A stretch of DNA of 64,000 bases. It comes from an uncultured Pseudomonadales bacterium (GTDB taxonomy: Bacteria; Patescibacteriota; Microgenomatia; UBA1400; Chazhemtobacteraceae). The stretch spans positions 68,878 to 132,877 of the forward strand of contig CAZUBK010000001.1 of the NCBI GenBank assembly GCA_964618725.1. Reading direction: 5' to 3'. Below are positions 25,080 to 34,789 of this stretch, in pieces. Under the pieces are notes generated by a model, which saw only the letters and a program-made list of their open reading frames with translations, was not told the origin of the DNA and searched no databases. The translations under genes were made by a program, and so were the position numbers. Every line of letters starts with the position of its first letter. Positions within the stretch are counted from its first letter, which is position 1.

Positions 25080-26678
25080 TTATTTCTTTTGGAAGATGTA
25101 GACAGTGGGATGGTCATAGACCTGGAAAGTTTCTTCGGAAGAGTCATCGTTGATGACTAAATTGCCAAAGCGTGGGTATGAAGAAAAAGTTTTAACAAGT
25201 TTGTAGTTTAGTTTTCCAGCAAATAGTTCTGAATAGAAGACGGACATAAGAGGATATTTTTGTGGGTTATTAAGAATTGAGCCGTAAACACGACGGCTAC
25301 TGATGATGTAAAAGTCGCCTTGATCGAGCTGGTTGGTTAGTTCAGTGAACTTTTCTTTAGTATCTTGGTCATAGCTTTTGACTTCGAGGAAATTGAAATT
25401 ATTAACATAACCAGGAAGACTACTAGGAAGTTGGTCATCCCAGTGTTCGTGAAGAATGGTGCTTGTACCCGGAAGGTTTTGATAGATCCATTGAGAAGCA
25501 ACGATACGAGTGTGGGGGGAGGAGAAGACGGAGAAATAGGCAAGAGACCAAAGGAAGGAAATAGAAAGGGTGAGAAAGATGAGAAATCGACCGAGATAGC
25601 GTAAGCGGGCAGAGATCTTTAGAAGTAACCAAGAGGCAGAGAGAATAAGGGCGGGCAGAAGGGGAAGAAGGTAACGGATAAACTTGGTATGCCATTGGCC
25701 GATATATGCAAAGTAGGCGAGGGAGAAAAGCAGCAGGGGTAGAGAGTGAATCTTCTTGTATTTGAGGTCATGAATAAGCCAGAAGATGATACCGAGTAGT
25801 CCAAAGATGGCGACAGGGGGGCCGACTTGCCAAGGAAGATTCTTAAGAAAATAGAGATAGGGTGGAGTGACAGTAAACTGAAGATTGTAGGGGACACTAA
25901 GTTCACCGATAACAACGCCTTTTTCATAAGCCATTGATTCAAGGAATTTATTTGAGCTTAGAAAAGAGTATGGACTGACGACAAAGAAGGTGAGAAAAGT
26001 GAGGAGTGCAAAATATACACCAACAAAAATAGAGTGGAAGAAGTTTCTTTGAGAAGTGGTAGTCAACCAAGTGAAGAGGGGAAGGACTAGAAACGAGACG
26101 GCCGAGGTCTTGGTACCTATGGCCAGACCACAGATGAGGGCGAGCTTGGCAAAGGAGAGAGTGGATGATTTTTTGAGTGTTTGGATACAGAGACTACTAA
26201 TAATGAGTAACCAGAAAACAAGGAGACTTTCGGTCACTCCATAATGGGCATATTGGATGAAGCCAGGAGAGGCTGTAGCCAGAGCGGCAGCCAGGAGCCC
26301 AAGAGAGGGACCAACAAGCAGATTGCCGAGAAGAAAGAAAAGGGGAATGGAAGCGGTAGAGAAGGAGGCAGAGAGAAAGCGACCAAGGAGATTGATATGA
26401 CCCCAATCAGTTAGCCAAGAAGAGTTATTGGTTAGTGAAGCAGTAATTTCAGCAACGAGCCGAAGAAGATAGATGAAGAAACCGTTATAGGCATGGAAGC
26501 CAGGGTCAAGACTCCAGGGGAACTCGAGTTGAGTGACGGCAGCGGCAATGTTTCGCTCATCGGGGTGGTAACTTAAGCTTTGATCCCAGTTGAGACTACT
26601 AAAGCGTAGAAAGCCAGCGAAAATGATTAAAATAAGAAGGAAAGACTTGATAGGGAAGAACTTAGATTTAGGGGTCAC
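25080..26678 (-). CDS. GT-C glycosyltransferase (ArnT/PMT-like)
   Basis: HPDE motif after first TM, ~11 TM, RYLLP. Confidence 0.8.
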   Translation of the reverse strand: MTPKSKFFPIKSFLLILIIFAGFLRFSSLNWDQSLSYHPDERNIAAAVTQLEFPWSLDPGFHAYNGFFIYLLRLVAEITASLTNNSSWLTDWGHINLLGRFLSASFSTASIPLFFLLGNLLVGPSLGLLAAALATASPGFIQYAHYGVTESLLVFWLLIISSLCIQTLKKSSTLSFAKLALICGLAIGTKTSAVSFLVLPLFTWLTTTSQRNFFHSIFVGVYFALLTFLTFFVVSPYSFLSSNKFLESMAYEKGVVIGELSVPYNLQFTVTPPYLYFLKNLPWQVGPPVAIFGLLGIIFWLIHDLKYKKIHSLPLLLFSLAYFAYIGQWHTKFIRYLLPLLPALILSASWLLLKISARLRYLGRFLIFLTLSISFLWSLAYFSVFSSPHTRIVASQWIYQNLPGTSTILHEHWDDQLPSSLPGYVNNFNFLEVKSYDQDTKEKFTELTNQLDQGDFYIISSRRVYGSILNNPQKYPLMSVFYSELFAGKLNYKLVKTFSSYPRFGNLVINDDSSEETFQVYDHPTVYIFQKK

Positions 26679-26687
26679 AAAGATATT

Positions 26688-27809
26688 CTATACAATGGGC
26701 CCTTGCGTTTCGCCGTCTTCTAGCTCAAGTAAATCAATACCTTTGATCTCTGGGAAGCTTTGACCAACGATTCCCTTGATCTCGCCGACCATTCCGGCAG
26801 TATTACTGATAAGGCGTTGGACTTGGGCCTCACGGCTTTTCCAGATTTTTTCGAAGGCGACGCGTTCCTTGACGATCTGAAGGTGCATCTCCTGATAGAC
26901 TTCGGCGATTGCTTCAACTTGGTGACGGAACTGAGGACTGGCGATGAAGGAGTAGAGAGTATCGGCTTTTTCGCCTCGATTTTGGGCAATGAAACGTTCC
27001 TTGGCGGTGTCGATGAGAGTTTTGCGAAGAAGCTCTGCAACCGGCACAACTAGATCGGGTTGGCAGACCCAGATGCCATCATGAGGTCCCGTCTTGGTGG
27101 TCAGCTCTTTGGGTAAGATGACGCTGACGATGACGGCGAGATCGGCTTTTTCGCCTCTTAAATCTTCTTTTAACTTGGTTGACCAATCGGACTGCCAGGC
27201 TTTAGTACGCTTGCTTTCCCAGAGAATGGTGCCACAGACATTGCCGCGTGGTGTTTTGACGATTTGACGAAGATCAGCGCCTTTAACACCTTTGCCAACG
27301 GGGCTGATGGTGTCACTGGGGAAGCTACTTATGAGAGTTTCTTCCAGATCGAGTTCTAGGACCTCACCTTGGAGCTGCTGGGAACCCTGTTCGAGCTTTC
27401 GTTTGAGCTCTTCATTAACTCTAAGAATGTCGCTGAATCGCTTTTCGTTCTCTAGATCTTTGAAACGATGTTCTTCTTTGGCGCGCTTGATAGCCTCATC
27501 TTCAATAAGGCGGGATTTCTCATCGATGGCCCGAGAAAGCCTAAGATCAAACTCCTTTTGAGCCTGCTCTAGTTCTTGGCGCTTTTTCCGGAGTTGTATT
27601 TCGTTTTTTTGAGATTCAGTTAGCTTTTCTTCTGTTTTCTTGAGTTGTTCCAGGAGTAGGTTTAGTTCGCCTTCATTTTGTTTCTTGAGCGAGTCTTTGA
27701 TTTCTTGCTCTAGCTTGACGAATTCTTTCTCGCGAATCTGGTGGCTTATTATCTCGTCAACAGAGACCGGTTTACCACAGTGGGGACAATTGACTTGATT
27801 TGTAGACAT
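26688..27809 (-). CDS. DUF2130 family coiled-coil/nuclease-like protein
   Basis: CPHCG, coiled coil, QGSQQLQGEVLE, GAD, ILWESKRTK; start at 27809. Confidence 0.8.
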   Translation of the reverse strand: MSTNQVNCPHCGKPVSVDEIISHQIREKEFVKLEQEIKDSLKKQNEGELNLLLEQLKKTEEKLTESQKNEIQLRKKRQELEQAQKEFDLRLSRAIDEKSRLIEDEAIKRAKEEHRFKDLENEKRFSDILRVNEELKRKLEQGSQQLQGEVLELDLEETLISSFPSDTISPVGKGVKGADLRQIVKTPRGNVCGTILWESKRTKAWQSDWSTKLKEDLRGEKADLAVIVSVILPKELTTKTGPHDGIWVCQPDLVVPVAELLRKTLIDTAKERFIAQNRGEKADTLYSFIASPQFRHQVEAIAEVYQEMHLQIVKERVAFEKIWKSREAQVQRLISNTAGMVGEIKGIVGQSFPEIKGIDLLELEDGETQGPIV

Positions 27810-27810
27810 A

Positions 27811-28680
27811 TTAGAGAAGCTGGCTCTCTTTGCTGTTGACATCTTTGTTGACGACGTAGAGATCGTTGTTGTATCCACTAACTCCAACATATTCTCCCCG
27901 ACCTTCGAGGACAGCTTCCAGTGGGCGGCAATGGTGACATCCTTGAGTGGGACACCTAAAACGCTCTAGTTGTCGGGCGAGTTTGATTTCTTTAGCGATC
28001 TTGAGTATCTTCTGCTGCGCTTCTTCTAGATTGGGAAGAGTTTTTTGTGTAAGCGAGTCGCTTAGACCAAGGTACCAGTAACTGGCTTCGGTAGCGGGAC
28101 GGTTTTGGGTATTATTAACGAGGAGATGGTAGATGGGAAGCTGTAAAGAGCTCGGATCCTCTTCTGTTTTACTGGTCTTGAAGTCGATAATGTGAACTGA
28201 ATCAGTATCGGGAAGGTATTCGAGCCAGTCGATCTTGCCACAGAGGATAATATTGTCATCATCAGAGAGCCAATAGTAGGGTAGATCCATATTGATCTTA
28301 ACGGCGAGACGAGTTAGGGGGCCGGGGTTTTTCTCAATGTTACGAAGCATTTGAATACCTCTTTCTTTGTATTTGTGTTCGGTGTTATTGTCAAAGAAAC
28401 CACCTTTTTTCCCGGTATATTTTTGCCAGACGTATTCAAACTTATCGACCAGAGGAGCTAGAAAGCGTTGATGTGTAGGGAGCACGGAGAGAGATTCGAC
28501 AACTTCATGGACGGCGGCGCCGAGGGAAAGAGGGGGAGTTATTACTTGGATCTTATGTTTGGTCTTGGGGTCCTTGTAGACGTTTTTGAGATAGTAGGCA
28601 CGAGGACAGGCAAGGAAATCGCTCAAGGAAGAGTGGGAGACCCAAACGGCGGAGAATTTATCTTTAGGCATAGGGCTCAT
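27811..28680 (-). CDS. PD-(D/E)XK nuclease (RecB/AddB-like, Fe-S Cys)
   Basis: SHSSL..CPR, GKID, IIDFKT, QL..Y, C..CHHC. Confidence 0.85.
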   Translation of the reverse strand: MSPMPKDKFSAVWVSHSSLSDFLACPRAYYLKNVYKDPKTKHKIQVITPPLSLGAAVHEVVESLSVLPTHQRFLAPLVDKFEYVWQKYTGKKGGFFDNNTEHKYKERGIQMLRNIEKNPGPLTRLAVKINMDLPYYWLSDDDNIILCGKIDWLEYLPDTDSVHIIDFKTSKTEEDPSSLQLPIYHLLVNNTQNRPATEASYWYLGLSDSLTQKTLPNLEEAQQKILKIAKEIKLARQLERFRCPTQGCHHCRPLEAVLEGRGEYVGVSGYNNDLYVVNKDVNSKESQLL

Positions 28681-28733
28681 TTTAACACTTAGAGGGTTTG
28701 ACAGAAAAACATCTCAACAGGTAAGCTTGGCGC

Positions 28734-29030
28734 ATGGCAGCAAAGTTTAAGGAAGCCGTTAAAGAAATGATGGCAATGCATCAGGCTGAGTTTGAAGAAT
28801 TCAAGAGAATTCACGAGTTGTTTACGGGAGACAAGAAGAAATGGTCAGCGGAATACAATAGGACTGGGAAACCGATCGTTGATTATGTTCTGGCAGCAGA
28901 AAAGCGACTTTGTTCTAAATCAGAGAGTAGCGGATACGGGGCTTATTCAACCAAGCTGTCAGAGAAATTTCGCGAAGAGGTAAAAACACATTTTCCCTTG
29001 ATAGATTTTGTTGGGGTAACTTTTTCCTAG
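28734..29030 (+). CDS. Hypothetical conserved protein
   Basis: 98-aa ORF with TTGACA/TAAGCT promoter directly upstream. Confidence 0.6.
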   Translation: MAAKFKEAVKEMMAMHQAEFEEFKRIHELFTGDKKKWSAEYNRTGKPIVDYVLAAEKRLCSKSESSGYGAYSTKLSEKFREEVKTHFPLIDFVGVTFS

Positions 29031-29731
29031 ATGGTTAATAGGTGAGAGTTCTGCTTAAGCCACTTTACATGATCCTTGTAATCAGGATCAAGTGATTTAA
29101 CAAGATTCCAGAAGGTTTTACGGTGGTGACGATGAATGAGATGACAGACCTCGTGGATGACGACATAGTCGACGATTTTGTGAGGGGCCTGGATTAGTTT
29201 GCGATTAAAGTTAAGATTATTTCTTCTCGAGCAACTACCCCAGATAGAGGAGACGCGTTTGAGAGTGATTCGTTGGTAACTTACATTTAGGAGTTGGCAA
29301 AAATGGTTAACTTTTTGAGTAATCACTTTTTTGCCTTGTTTGAGATACCACTTGGTGAAGAGATGTCTGAGTTCGAGACTCGTTTTGCCTAAAGAGAAGC
29401 TACTGGGAACGAGGGCCTCGAAAGAGTTGTACAAAAGAGAAAGTTTAGCCTTTTTATTAGTCAGCGAACGGGTAATCTTAAGCGGGAAGGACTCGCCAAA
29501 GTAGAGGTGGATTTCTCCATCGCAATATTTTTTCTTCGGGGAAGTCACTTGTTCTAGTTTGGCGAGTTGAGTAAGTACCCAGTCTTTTTTTTGATACAGA
29601 AAGGCCTCGATTTGAGAGAGCGGAACAAAATGCGGGGCACGAACAAGCACACCATGTTCAGATGAAATCTGAATGCTGGTGGTAAAGTTCCTATTCTTAC
29701 TTTTTTTGATGGTGTATTTAAACGGTAACAT
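29027..29731 (-). CDS. YgjP/DUF45 (M48-like) metal-dependent hydrolase
   Basis: WGSCS, DYVVIHEVCHL..H..FW; start at 29731. Confidence 0.88.
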   Translation of the reverse strand: MLPFKYTIKKSKNRNFTTSIQISSEHGVLVRAPHFVPLSQIEAFLYQKKDWVLTQLAKLEQVTSPKKKYCDGEIHLYFGESFPLKITRSLTNKKAKLSLLYNSFEALVPSSFSLGKTSLELRHLFTKWYLKQGKKVITQKVNHFCQLLNVSYQRITLKRVSSIWGSCSRRNNLNFNRKLIQAPHKIVDYVVIHEVCHLIHRHHRKTFWNLVKSLDPDYKDHVKWLKQNSHLLTI

Positions 29732-31016
29732 TGTATTGACGAATTTGATCCATGAACTGAAGAATAACGGGGTCGAGCATGATATCACGGGGATTGACCG
29801 GACGAGCAAGAGACAAGCCAGATAGGGAACGGCAGCGACTCAGAGCAACATAAGCCTGGCCGTGTGCAAAGGCACCTCGACCCAGATCAACGTGGGCACA
29901 ATCAAAGGACTTGCCCTGGGCTTTGTGGATAGTGACGGCCCAGGCGAGACGAAGGGGAAGCTGGGTAAAGCTGCCTATTTCTTCTTGTTTGAGAGAGTTG
30001 GTCTGGTGGTCAAAGATTGTTTGCAACTGATTCCAGGTAAAAGGCTTGACTTCAACCTGTGCACCATCATCGATCTTGACCTTGACGGTGGAGGCAGAGG
30101 TTTTGGTGACAGTCCCGAGCGTCCCGTTGATCCAAAGGCCACCTGGCTCGTTGTTAAGAAGCATCACCCGGGCGCCTTGTTTGAGGATGAGTTTCTCTGC
30201 GGTGGGAAATTGAGTAGTAGAGAAATGGCCACTACTAAAGCCTCGGTACTCAAAAGATTTGGTAGTGAGTTTATTTAGCTCAATATTATTTATCTGATCG
30301 GCTTGCCAGTTGGTGGCGGTGAGGACAAGACCGCTGTCTCTTTGGCGGACGCGTTGGTTGAGAAAAGTAAGATCACCAGGAGTGGCAGTTTTGTTTCTGA
30401 TTTTGTTGAGAAGAGAAATGAATTCCGGCTCATTTTGGCGATAGATTTGGTCGAGTTCGATGAAGGCAAAGTCGGGAAGTAGATTGTGGAGTAGGTTCTC
30501 GAAGGAGACGGCAGAGAAAAAGTAGGGAGATTGATATGCCATGGTGAGGATTTCTTTTTCTTCCTCAGTGACGATGGGGGGGAGCTGAAAGAGGTCGCCG
30601 ATCATGACGAGTTGGACACCGCCAAATGGAGCTTGACTTTGGCGGACAGCGCGAAGGAAGGCGTCGATGGTATCGAGAAGATCGGCCCGGACCATAGAGA
30701 TTTCGTCGATAATGAGGGTGGTAAGAGCTTTAAAGACTTCTTTCTTACGCGACTTGCCGGCGAGGCGCTTGGCATCGGTAGGCGAGACACCGGGGCGAAA
30801 ACCAAAGAAAGAATGAATGGTCTCGCCGTTGACATTGACGGCGGCAACACCAGTGGGGGCAACCACAGCGAGGGGCTTACTGGTAATACTTCGAAAGTAA
30901 CTGAGAAGGGTTGATTTGCCGGTACCGGCCTCGCCGGTGATGAAGATGTGTTTGTTGGTTTTCTCAAGGAGGTCGAGAGCTTTTTGAAAGTTTGGGTTAA
31001 TGTCGATTTGTTGCAC
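29718..31016 (-). CDS. PIF1-family SF1B helicase
   Basis: GEAGTGKS, APTGVAA, IDEISM, GDLFQLPP, AVTIHKAQG, YVALSR. Confidence 0.92.
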   Translation of the reverse strand: MQQIDINPNFQKALDLLEKTNKHIFITGEAGTGKSTLLSYFRSITSKPLAVVAPTGVAAVNVNGETIHSFFGFRPGVSPTDAKRLAGKSRKKEVFKALTTLIIDEISMVRADLLDTIDAFLRAVRQSQAPFGGVQLVMIGDLFQLPPIVTEEEKEILTMAYQSPYFFSAVSFENLLHNLLPDFAFIELDQIYRQNEPEFISLLNKIRNKTATPGDLTFLNQRVRQRDSGLVLTATNWQADQINNIELNKLTTKSFEYRGFSSGHFSTTQFPTAEKLILKQGARVMLLNNEPGGLWINGTLGTVTKTSASTVKVKIDDGAQVEVKPFTWNQLQTIFDHQTNSLKQEEIGSFTQLPLRLAWAVTIHKAQGKSFDCAHVDLGRGAFAHGQAYVALSRCRSLSGLSLARPVNPRDIMLDPVILQFMDQIRQYNVTV

Positions 31017-31052
31017 TCTTGAAGAATATCTTGTGGTCGTTACAATGGCAAC

Positions 31053-31838
31053 ATGAGTTTCTCAAAGGAAATACTTAATGACTTGGGTTGGTTTGATGGC
31101 ATGAGAAAAGAAACTGAACTGAGGGAACCAGTTACGGGCATTTTTGAGATAGAGGCAAATACTATCGAACTACGAGAGAGACTGAGAAAAGGACAGCGAG
31201 TGATACTGCTTGTCAGTGGTGTTTCTGGAGGTGGGAAAGATAGTTTGGTCAAGGCGTTGGTTGGAGAAGATCAAGACAGTAGCAAGTTTATCCGGGTCAA
31301 GACGTGCACCACCAGGGAACCAAGAGAAGAAGAGAAAATAGAGGATCCTTATGTTCGCCTAAGTGTCGAGGACTTTTTGCAGAAGCAAGAGAGGGGTGAG
31401 TTTTTTGAATGGGATGGTCCTTACGCCGAGGCATGGTACGGAGCCAGTCGAGAAGTAGTGAGATCTTTTCTTGAGACAGGAAAGACTTGTCTTTTTGTCA
31501 TTACACCAGATGGGGCGAGAAACTATCTAAGAATTCAAAACGAAGGAGAGGAGATTTTTGAAGATGCCGCTCTTATTTACTTGTTTCTGTTACCAGAAAA
31601 CTGGCGACAGTTGGGGCGAAGACTGTTGGAGAGAGAAGTATACTCTAAGGATTGGACGGGTCAGGATCCACATGAGAAGAAAAAGGCTCGTCAGACTGTC
31701 CGGAAACGCTGGGCGCAAAACGCCAAAGACTTGGAGAATATGGACAAGGCCCATTTTGTCGTAGTCAATGAGAGTGGCAACATTGAGAGAGTGGCGGAGA
31801 GCATAAAGGGGTTGATAGGAGAGTTGGAGACACTCTAG
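31053..31838 (+). CDS. Guanylate kinase-like P-loop kinase
   Basis: GVSGGGKD, TTREPR..E, FFEW..YG. Confidence 0.75.
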   Translation: MSFSKEILNDLGWFDGMRKETELREPVTGIFEIEANTIELRERLRKGQRVILLVSGVSGGGKDSLVKALVGEDQDSSKFIRVKTCTTREPREEEKIEDPYVRLSVEDFLQKQERGEFFEWDGPYAEAWYGASREVVRSFLETGKTCLFVITPDGARNYLRIQNEGEEIFEDAALIYLFLLPENWRQLGRRLLEREVYSKDWTGQDPHEKKKARQTVRKRWAQNAKDLENMDKAHFVVVNESGNIERVAESIKGLIGELETL

Positions 31839-31872
31839 CAAAAGTCCCCAGCTTTTGCTGGGGACAATGGGG

Positions 31873-32391
31873 TTATTCTTCTTGAGGAGGATGAGCTGCT
31901 AGATATTCCAAAAGCTCCTCTTGAGCCTTGGCATATTCATCAGGATTGGTATGTATCTCAAGGAACTGACTGATCCATGCATGTTTGAGATCGCATTCGG
32001 GCAATCTGGAAATTTCTTCACGTAATTTCTCATCCGGATAGTTCTCGGATCGCATTGCTCTAATTAGTTCGTTTCGAACAAAATCGGCCATTTTCTCGTA
32101 ATGAGGAGAGTCGTTTCTATGTTTTTCCCAGTGCATGAGTATCTTTGTTTCAATATAAATCGTCATTTCCTCGAGTGATTCAAAAAGTCGTTTGGTGTGC
32201 GGTTCGTAACCGATCCCATCAGCAATGCCGCCGTAGTAGATCTCAGCTGTTTCTTTCGAAATTTCATTGAAAGCATATGGATCGTGATCGTGAATTTGCC
32301 ATGTAGCATAGCGAAAGAACCTGGGTGGAGTAGATAGCTTAGTAGCGATAACCAGACAGAAATCTGAGCCACATCGATATATCTGATACAT
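31873..32391 (-). CDS. Hypothetical protein
   Basis: 172-aa ORF preceded by AAGGAG. Confidence 0.55.
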   Translation of the reverse strand: MYQIYRCGSDFCLVIATKLSTPPRFFRYATWQIHDHDPYAFNEISKETAEIYYGGIADGIGYEPHTKRLFESLEEMTIYIETKILMHWEKHRNDSPHYEKMADFVRNELIRAMRSENYPDEKLREEISRLPECDLKHAWISQFLEIHTNPDEYAKAQEELLEYLAAHPPQEE

Positions 32392-32554
32392 TGAATCTCC
32401 TTTTTTAAGTTGCGATTATAAGATTATACCACGAGGCTGAGAGGGCTTTCCATAACCCAGCTTTTTTTCTTATCAGAATCGGGCAAGAAATTTTCTCCAG
32501 TGACTAATGACTGCCTCGTTGACATTAAGTATATATTCGTGATATACATAATTT

Positions 32555-32851
32555 ATGAAGAAGTTGCCTGCTCCTCTAGCCTTTGACTGGGATAATGGAA
32601 ATATTGACAAGAACTTGAGAAAACACGGCGTTCACCATAAGGAGGCTGAGGAAGTCTTTTTTAATAAACCAATCAAAGTATTTAAGGATATTAAACATTC
32701 TGGTGGTGAAAATAGATTTATAGCATTGGGGGTAACTAATAAAATAAAGTATTTATGTGCTGCTTTTACGATCAGAAAGAAGAAAGTAAAAATAATATCA
32801 ATTAGATCTCAAAGCAAAAGAGAAAGGAGAATATATGAACAAACTAACTAA
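32555..32851 (+). CDS. BrnT-family toxin (RNase)
   Basis: FDWD..N..KHGV..EAEEVF, ENRFIALG, IISIR..ER. Confidence 0.88.
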   Translation: MKKLPAPLAFDWDNGNIDKNLRKHGVHHKEAEEVFFNKPIKVFKDIKHSGGENRFIALGVTNKIKYLCAAFTIRKKKVKIISIRSQSKRERRIYEQTN

Positions 32852-33125
32852 GCCAATACCAAAGTTTAAAAACGAAGACCAAGAGAGAGAGTTCTGGGCA
32901 AAGAATGATTTTGCTGATTATATGAATCAATTTGAAAAAGTTGACTTGGATTTATCTAAACTCAAACCTTCAACTGAGTCTATTTCTCTAAGACTACCCT
33001 CATATCTATTATTCAGAATCAAGGAGATAGCCAATTCCAGAGATGTACCGTATCAATCCTTGATGAAAATGTTTTTAGCAGAAAGAGTAGAAAACGAACT
33101 GAGTAGATTGAATAGGCAATCTTGA
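32835..33125 (+). CDS. BrnA/CopG-like antitoxin
   Basis: IPKFKNEDQEREFW, ISLRLP..IK..A...VPYQSL; overlaps the toxin gene. Confidence 0.85.
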   Translation: MNKLTKPIPKFKNEDQEREFWAKNDFADYMNQFEKVDLDLSKLKPSTESISLRLPSYLLFRIKEIANSRDVPYQSLMKMFLAERVENELSRLNRQS

Positions 33126-33195
33126 AATGTCATTGTTCCATGCCATGCCGGGGGCATGGGCGAAAAGTCTTTGTAGAAACATATGCTCCACTAGG

Positions 33196-34211
33196 GAGCG
33201 GGTGACCGTAATTGGCTCGAACCACTTTGGCCTGGGCGACTATATCACACCAGATCTTATTTTACAGTTCCAATCTCTTAAAGAACGAATGGGCATTAAG
33301 TCCTTCACTGGTTTTCAGTAACTTCGTCTTCGTTCTTGAATTTCTTTTAATGCGACATCCAGCTGAGATGTAATAAGTGCAACAACGCCTTCTTTAGTAA
33401 AGCGCATATAGCGTCCGTCTTTAGCTGAATAATAGAATCCTAGTTTGAAAGCTTCTGCTAAATTAAACGTATACATAAAGCTATTATAAAAACTTTCAAA
33501 ATTTCCTCTGAATCTTGCCTCTTCAGCTTGTTTAAACAGTTTCCAATATTCGGAAGTAGAGAGTTCTTTTCCCAATTTACTTCCATACCTTCGTAGGTTC
33601 ATAAATTCACTATTGTTATCAACATATCCTTTGTCATACGTTGCCCATTTATCTAAGATATTTGGAGTCTCGTTAGATTTTAAAATTAAATAGTTAAAAT
33701 TTGGTGCGGCAACAAGCATCCCTGTCGGTACAAAATGATCGATTCCTTCGCCCCATCCAGACATAAAAGTAGTCATGTCTGCATCGTGACCCGAAAAACA
33801 GAAATTTTCAGGGTGCGTATGTACATCAAATGTCGGTACAAACTTGTCTCTTTTTTTGGAAACTGCCCACCCACACGCATCTTCACCAACATCAGGATTG
33901 GTCGGGAAAATAATCTTTTTATTTCCAATTTCAACATGAAGAACTGCTCCTCTTTCTCGGTGAGCAACATCTATCTTTGTCAAATCAGATAACCAATTGA
34001 CATAAGATTCTATTCTTATAGCATGGAAAGTATCCCTTAAATACAATGGACTAGGAAGTCTTCCCTCAGCTGAATTGATAATATAGGCTTCAAGCTCGCC
34101 GTTTTTGGGATTCAATATTTCGGGTGGAAAAGGTACGGCTCTATTGATTTCACCCATATTGTAACATCATGTAATTTCCTAGTAACTTTCTGTTTATTTC
34201 TGTTACTTTTG
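33196..34211. mobile_element. Putative non-autonomous integrative cassette 1 at tRNA-Gly
   Basis: Begins with GAGCGGG core + orphan peptide tail, carries one gene, ends with conserved arm 34170-34211. Confidence 0.55.
33315..34157 (-). CDS. Hypothetical protein with JAB/MPN-like metal motif
   Basis: RERG ... HTHPENFCFSGHD (E..HxH..S..D pattern). Confidence 0.55.
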   Translation of the reverse strand: MGEINRAVPFPPEILNPKNGELEAYIINSAEGRLPSPLYLRDTFHAIRIESYVNWLSDLTKIDVAHRERGAVLHVEIGNKKIIFPTNPDVGEDACGWAVSKKRDKFVPTFDVHTHPENFCFSGHDADMTTFMSGWGEGIDHFVPTGMLVAAPNFNYLILKSNETPNILDKWATYDKGYVDNNSEFMNLRRYGSKLGKELSTSEYWKLFKQAEEARFRGNFESFYNSFMYTFNLAEAFKLGFYYSAKDGRYMRFTKEGVVALITSQLDVALKEIQERRRSY

Positions 34212-34788
34212 GAGCTGGTGACCGTACTTTGCTCGAACCTGCGAGACTTGGTTACTCCAGATTTAATTCTTCAGTTAAACGCTCTTAAGTCCTATATTGG
34301 TATCAAATCCTTCGCTTTTTGTTAGCTTAGATTGTGGTTAAGTCTTTAACTAATAGTACTAAGCTTTTTCCACGATTTTAATAGTTCGATGCAATAGAAA
34401 ATTCCCAACAGAGGAAAAAAGAAAGAGGTAATCATTCCAGAATAATAACTCATTTGAGCTACACCTCGGATAAAATGATGAGATTCAAGAAAAAGACTAA
34501 TTCCATAGTAGGTTAAAGGAACAAACATCCATCTTCCGCCTTTAAATATAAGGAAAGCTCCTATTAAAAATAAGTAAAAGGGAAGATGAAAAGCAAAGTA
34601 GGCAGTTTCTTTGATTGAATGAAAATAGTCCATAAAAACAGGACCAACTTCGTAGTATTTTGTCAGCGTACACTCAGCAAAATGAAACCAAGACAAAATA
34701 ATGGAGAAAAACAAAAGTGCTTGAAGCTTTTTTGAGATCATTTAATTGTAATTTTCGAGTAACTTTCTGTACATTTCTGTCACTTTAT
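34212..34788. mobile_element. Putative non-autonomous integrative cassette 2 at tRNA-Gly
   Basis: GAGCTGG core + homologous peptide tail, one gene, conserved arm 34747-34788 abutting the tRNA 3' end. Confidence 0.55.
34346..34741 (-). CDS. 4-TM membrane protein (HXXEE-domain-like)
   Basis: HFAEC, ESHHF, YYSGMITS; four hydrophobic helices. Confidence 0.6.
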   Translation of the reverse strand: MISKKLQALLFFSIILSWFHFAECTLTKYYEVGPVFMDYFHSIKETAYFAFHLPFYLFLIGAFLIFKGGRWMFVPLTYYGISLFLESHHFIRGVAQMSYYSGMITSFFFPLLGIFYCIELLKSWKKLSTIS

Positions 34789-34789
34789 G

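Noticed and set aside
27811-28680. Cas4 call
   Set aside because: Fe-S PD-(D/E)XK fold is shared with AddB/RecB-like nucleases; no CRISPR context.
33127-33321. 64-aa ORF as an intact gene
   Set aside because: Homology with the second copy begins exactly at the att-like core (33196); the N-terminal part is unrelated, so it is treated as a gene-tail fragment.
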